A program made the position numbers and the translations under genes. The notes under the pieces are model-generated. The model was not told the DNA's origin, made no database searches, and worked only from the letters and a program-made list of their open reading frames with translations. Source: Mobula hypostoma (lineage: Eukaryota). From it: DNA of 64,000 nt. The DNA lies in NCBI RefSeq assembly GCF_963921235.1, contig NC_086097.1, positions 252,218,001 to 252,282,000 on the forward strand, read 5' to 3'. Below, piece by piece: positions 61,192 through 64,000 of this stretch (positions within the stretch are counted from its first letter, which is position 1; every line of letters starts with the position of its first letter).

Positions 61192-63056
61192 CCTCCAACC
61201 TCCAGTCCCCGGCTCGAACTCTCAGACATCAGTCTCCAACCTCCAGTCCCCGGCCCGAACTCTCAGACATCAGTCTCCAACCTCCAGTCCCCGGCCCGAA
61301 CTCTCAGACATCAGTCTCCAACTTCCAGTCCCCGGCCTGAACTCTCAGACATCAGTCCCCCAACCTCCAGTCCCCGGCCCAGACTCTCAAACATCAGTCT
61401 CCAACCTCCAGTCCCTGGCCTGGACTCTCAGACATCAGTCTCCAACCTCCAGTCCCCGGCCCGAACTCTCAAACATCAGTCTCCAACCTCCAGTCCCCGG
61501 CCCGAACTGTCAGATATCAGTCTCCAACCTCCAGTCCCCGTACCGGACTCTCAGACATCAGTCTCCAACCTCCAGTCCCCGGCCCGAACTCTCAAACATC
61601 AGTCTCCAACCTCCAGTCCCCGGCCCGAACTGTCAGATATCAGTCTCCAACTTCCAGTCCCCGGCCCGAACTGTCAGATATCAGTCTCCAACCTCCAGTC
61701 CCTGTACCGGACTCTCAAACATCAGTCTCCAACCTCCAGTCCCCGTACCGGACTCTCAAACATCAGTCTCCAACCTCCAGTCCCCGGCCCGGACTCTCAG
61801 ACATCGGTCTCCAACCTCCAGTCCCCGGCCTGAACTCTCAGACATCAGTCTCCAACCTCCAGTCCCCGGCCCGAACTCTCAGACATCAGTCTCCAACCTC
61901 CAGTTCCCGGCCCGAACTCTCAGACGTCAGCTTCTAACCTCCAGTCCTCGGCACGGACGCTCAGACATCAGTCTCCAACCTCCAGTCCCCGGCCCGAACT
62001 CTCAGACATCAGTCTCCAACCTCCAGTCCCCGGCCCGAACTGTCAGACATCAGTCTCCAACCTCCAGTTCCCGGCCCGAACTCTCAAACATCGGTCTCCA
62101 ACCTCCAGTCCCCGGCCCGAACTGTCAGACATCAGTCTCCAACCTCCAGTCCCCGGCCCGGACTCTCAGACATCAGTCTCCAACCTCCAGTCCCTGGCCT
62201 GGACTCTCAGACATCAGTCTCCAACCTCCAGTCCCCGGCCCGAACTCTCAGACATCAGTCTCCAACCTCCAGTCCCCGGCCCGAACTCTCAGACATCAGT
62301 CTCCAACCTCCAGTCCCTGGCCTGGACTCTCAGACATCAGTCTCCAACCTCCAGTTCCCGGCCCGAACTCTCAGACGTCAGCTTCTAACCTCCAGTCCTC
62401 GGCACGGACGCTCAGACATCAGTCCTCCACCTCCAGTCCCCGGCCCGGACTCTCAGACATCAGTCTCCAACCTCCAGTCCCCGGCCCGGACTCTCAGACA
62501 TCAGTCTCCAACCTCCAGTCCCCGGCCCGGACTCTCAGACATCAGTCTCCAACCTCCAGTCCCCAGCCCGGACGCTCAGACATCAGTCTCCAACCTCTAG
62601 TCCCCGGCCCGGACGCTCAGACATCAGTCTCCAACCTCCAGTCCCCGGCTTGAACTCTCAGACATCAGTCTCCAACCTCCAGTCCCCGGCTTGAACTCTC
62701 AGACATCAGTCTCCAACTTCCAGTCCCCGGCTCGAACTCTCAGACATCAGTCTCCAACTTCCAGTCCCCGGCCCGGACTCTCAGACATCAGTCTCCAACC
62801 TCCAATCCCCGGCTTGAACTCTCAGACATCAGTCTCCAACTTCCAGTCCCCGGCTCGAACTCTCAGACATCAGTCTCCAACCTCTAGTCCCCGGCCCGGA
62901 CTCTCAGACATCAGTCTCCAACTTCCAGTCCCCGGCTCGAACTCTCATACATCAGTCTCCAACCTCTAGTCCCCAGCCTGGTCTCTCAGACATCAGTCTC
63001 CAACCTCCAGTCCCTAGCCTGGACTCTCAGATATCAGTCCCCCAACCTCCAGTCCC
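61192..63056. repeat. 41-bp minisatellite, about 45 copies (tctccaacctccagtccccggcccgaactctcagacatcag)
   Basis: Direct 41-nt periodicity; copy number estimated from length. Confidence 0.95.
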
Positions 63057-63467
63057 TCAATACCTTCAAATTCTTTGTAGTTTCTAACTTGTTGAAGTAG
63101 TGACATCATTTCCGTTTTACTCCCAGCTGTTTCTGGCATCTCTAAGCTTAAAATCAATGTGGAACATTTCTGAATTGTCTAACTGCTTATTTCTCACCAA
63201 CTACCAGTGACAAAAATCACTGCATTTTGAACACAAACACATGCATCTGATGCCATATAAAAAATGGTCCATTCTCAGCACAGTGTAGTGTTTAGTGGCC
63301 ACGCAAGTGCACGCGAATGGCGCTATCTTCTGTCCCAATTAATCAGCATAATGTCCCAAATAAAGGAAGGAAATCCAGGGTATTTTCTCTATTAGTTTTT
63401 GTTCTTTAAGGATTGTCCCAAACAAGTGGCTGCCCTGATTAACGGGTGGACCAAATAACTGGCTATT

Positions 63468-63757
63468 GTGTGGCGCGTGGCCAAGTGGTTGGGGCATTGG
63501 GCTCACGATCTGAAGGTCATGGGTCGAGACTCGGCCAAGGCAGCGTGTTGTGTCTTTGAGCAAGGCACTTAACCACACACTGCTCCAGTCCACCCAGCTG
63601 AAAATGGGTACTGGCTTATGCTGGGGGTTAACCCCGCGATAGACTGGCGTCCTATCCGGGGCAGGGGGGGAGTCTCGTACTCTCAGACGCTTCACGCCAC
63701 AGAAACCGGCATAAGCACCGGCTGATGGGCCACTAAGGCTCGGGACAGACTTTAACT
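63468..63757 (+). mobile_element. tRNA-derived SINE
   Basis: tggccaagtgg A-box, ggtcgagact B-box-like, CORE-like ttgagcaaggcacttaacc. Confidence 0.7.
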
Positions 63758-63981
63758 AAAAATCTATGTATTATATAATTAAATTTACATTATCTTTATC
63801 ATAGTTTTTCATAATTTCTATTGTCATCTTTTATCTTCCTGGATATGCCTGCAAGAAAATGAATCTTTCATGTGGTGATATGTACGTACTTTACTGACTT
63901 CACGTTGTACTTGGCTTTCAGACTGTTTTCATCTCTTTATCTTGTTTTCATGTCAGGACTTTGAACCTATTTCTCTGACAG

Positions 63982-64000
63982 GTGTGAGGGATCTCCATGT
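63982..64000 (+). CDS. NDUFAF6: NDUFAF6 coding exon 6, start only (runs off window)
   Basis: ttctctgacag acceptor, then phase-1 (G)VRDLH resembling the expected GIKDLH. Confidence 0.75.

Noticed and set aside
61048..62969. Long Ser/Pro-rich ORFs as a mucin-like gene
   Set aside because: The 41-bp unit cycles through all frames; no splice or signal-peptide support; intronic minisatellite

Overview
Vertebrate genomic DNA, most likely a cartilaginous fish (inferred from the CR1/Penelope/V-SINE repeat landscape). It is almost entirely intronic and dense in transposable elements. Two divergently transcribed genes share a CpG island of about 1.6 kb: a NAGPA-family gene (uncovering enzyme; minus strand, coding exons 1-5, rest beyond position 1) and NDUFAF6 (plus strand, coding exons 1-5 plus the start of exon 6). 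All exons have GT-AG boundaries and consistent phases. The introns hold CR1, L1, Rex1/Babar-like, RTE, Penelope (GIY-YIG) and Gypsy fragments, Buster-type hAT and Tc1/pogo-type DNA elements, SINEs and a 41-bp minisatellite. Most notable: (1) minimal hammerhead ribozyme motifs in Penelope termini, including a tandem pair in sense orientation in NDUFAF6 intron 4; (2) a 12x33-bp VNTR of GC-box plus E-box/M-box units, each also reading ATG-TGA, directly upstream of the NAGPA start codon; (3) two copies of one DNA transposon independently hit by different CR1 families at the same site, lying inverted around in-frame NDUFAF6 exons 3-4; (4) a young L1 insertion offering an in-frame alternative NDUFAF6 3' end. 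Repeat boundaries are approximate unless a TSD or TIR is quoted. No database searches or folding computations were run.
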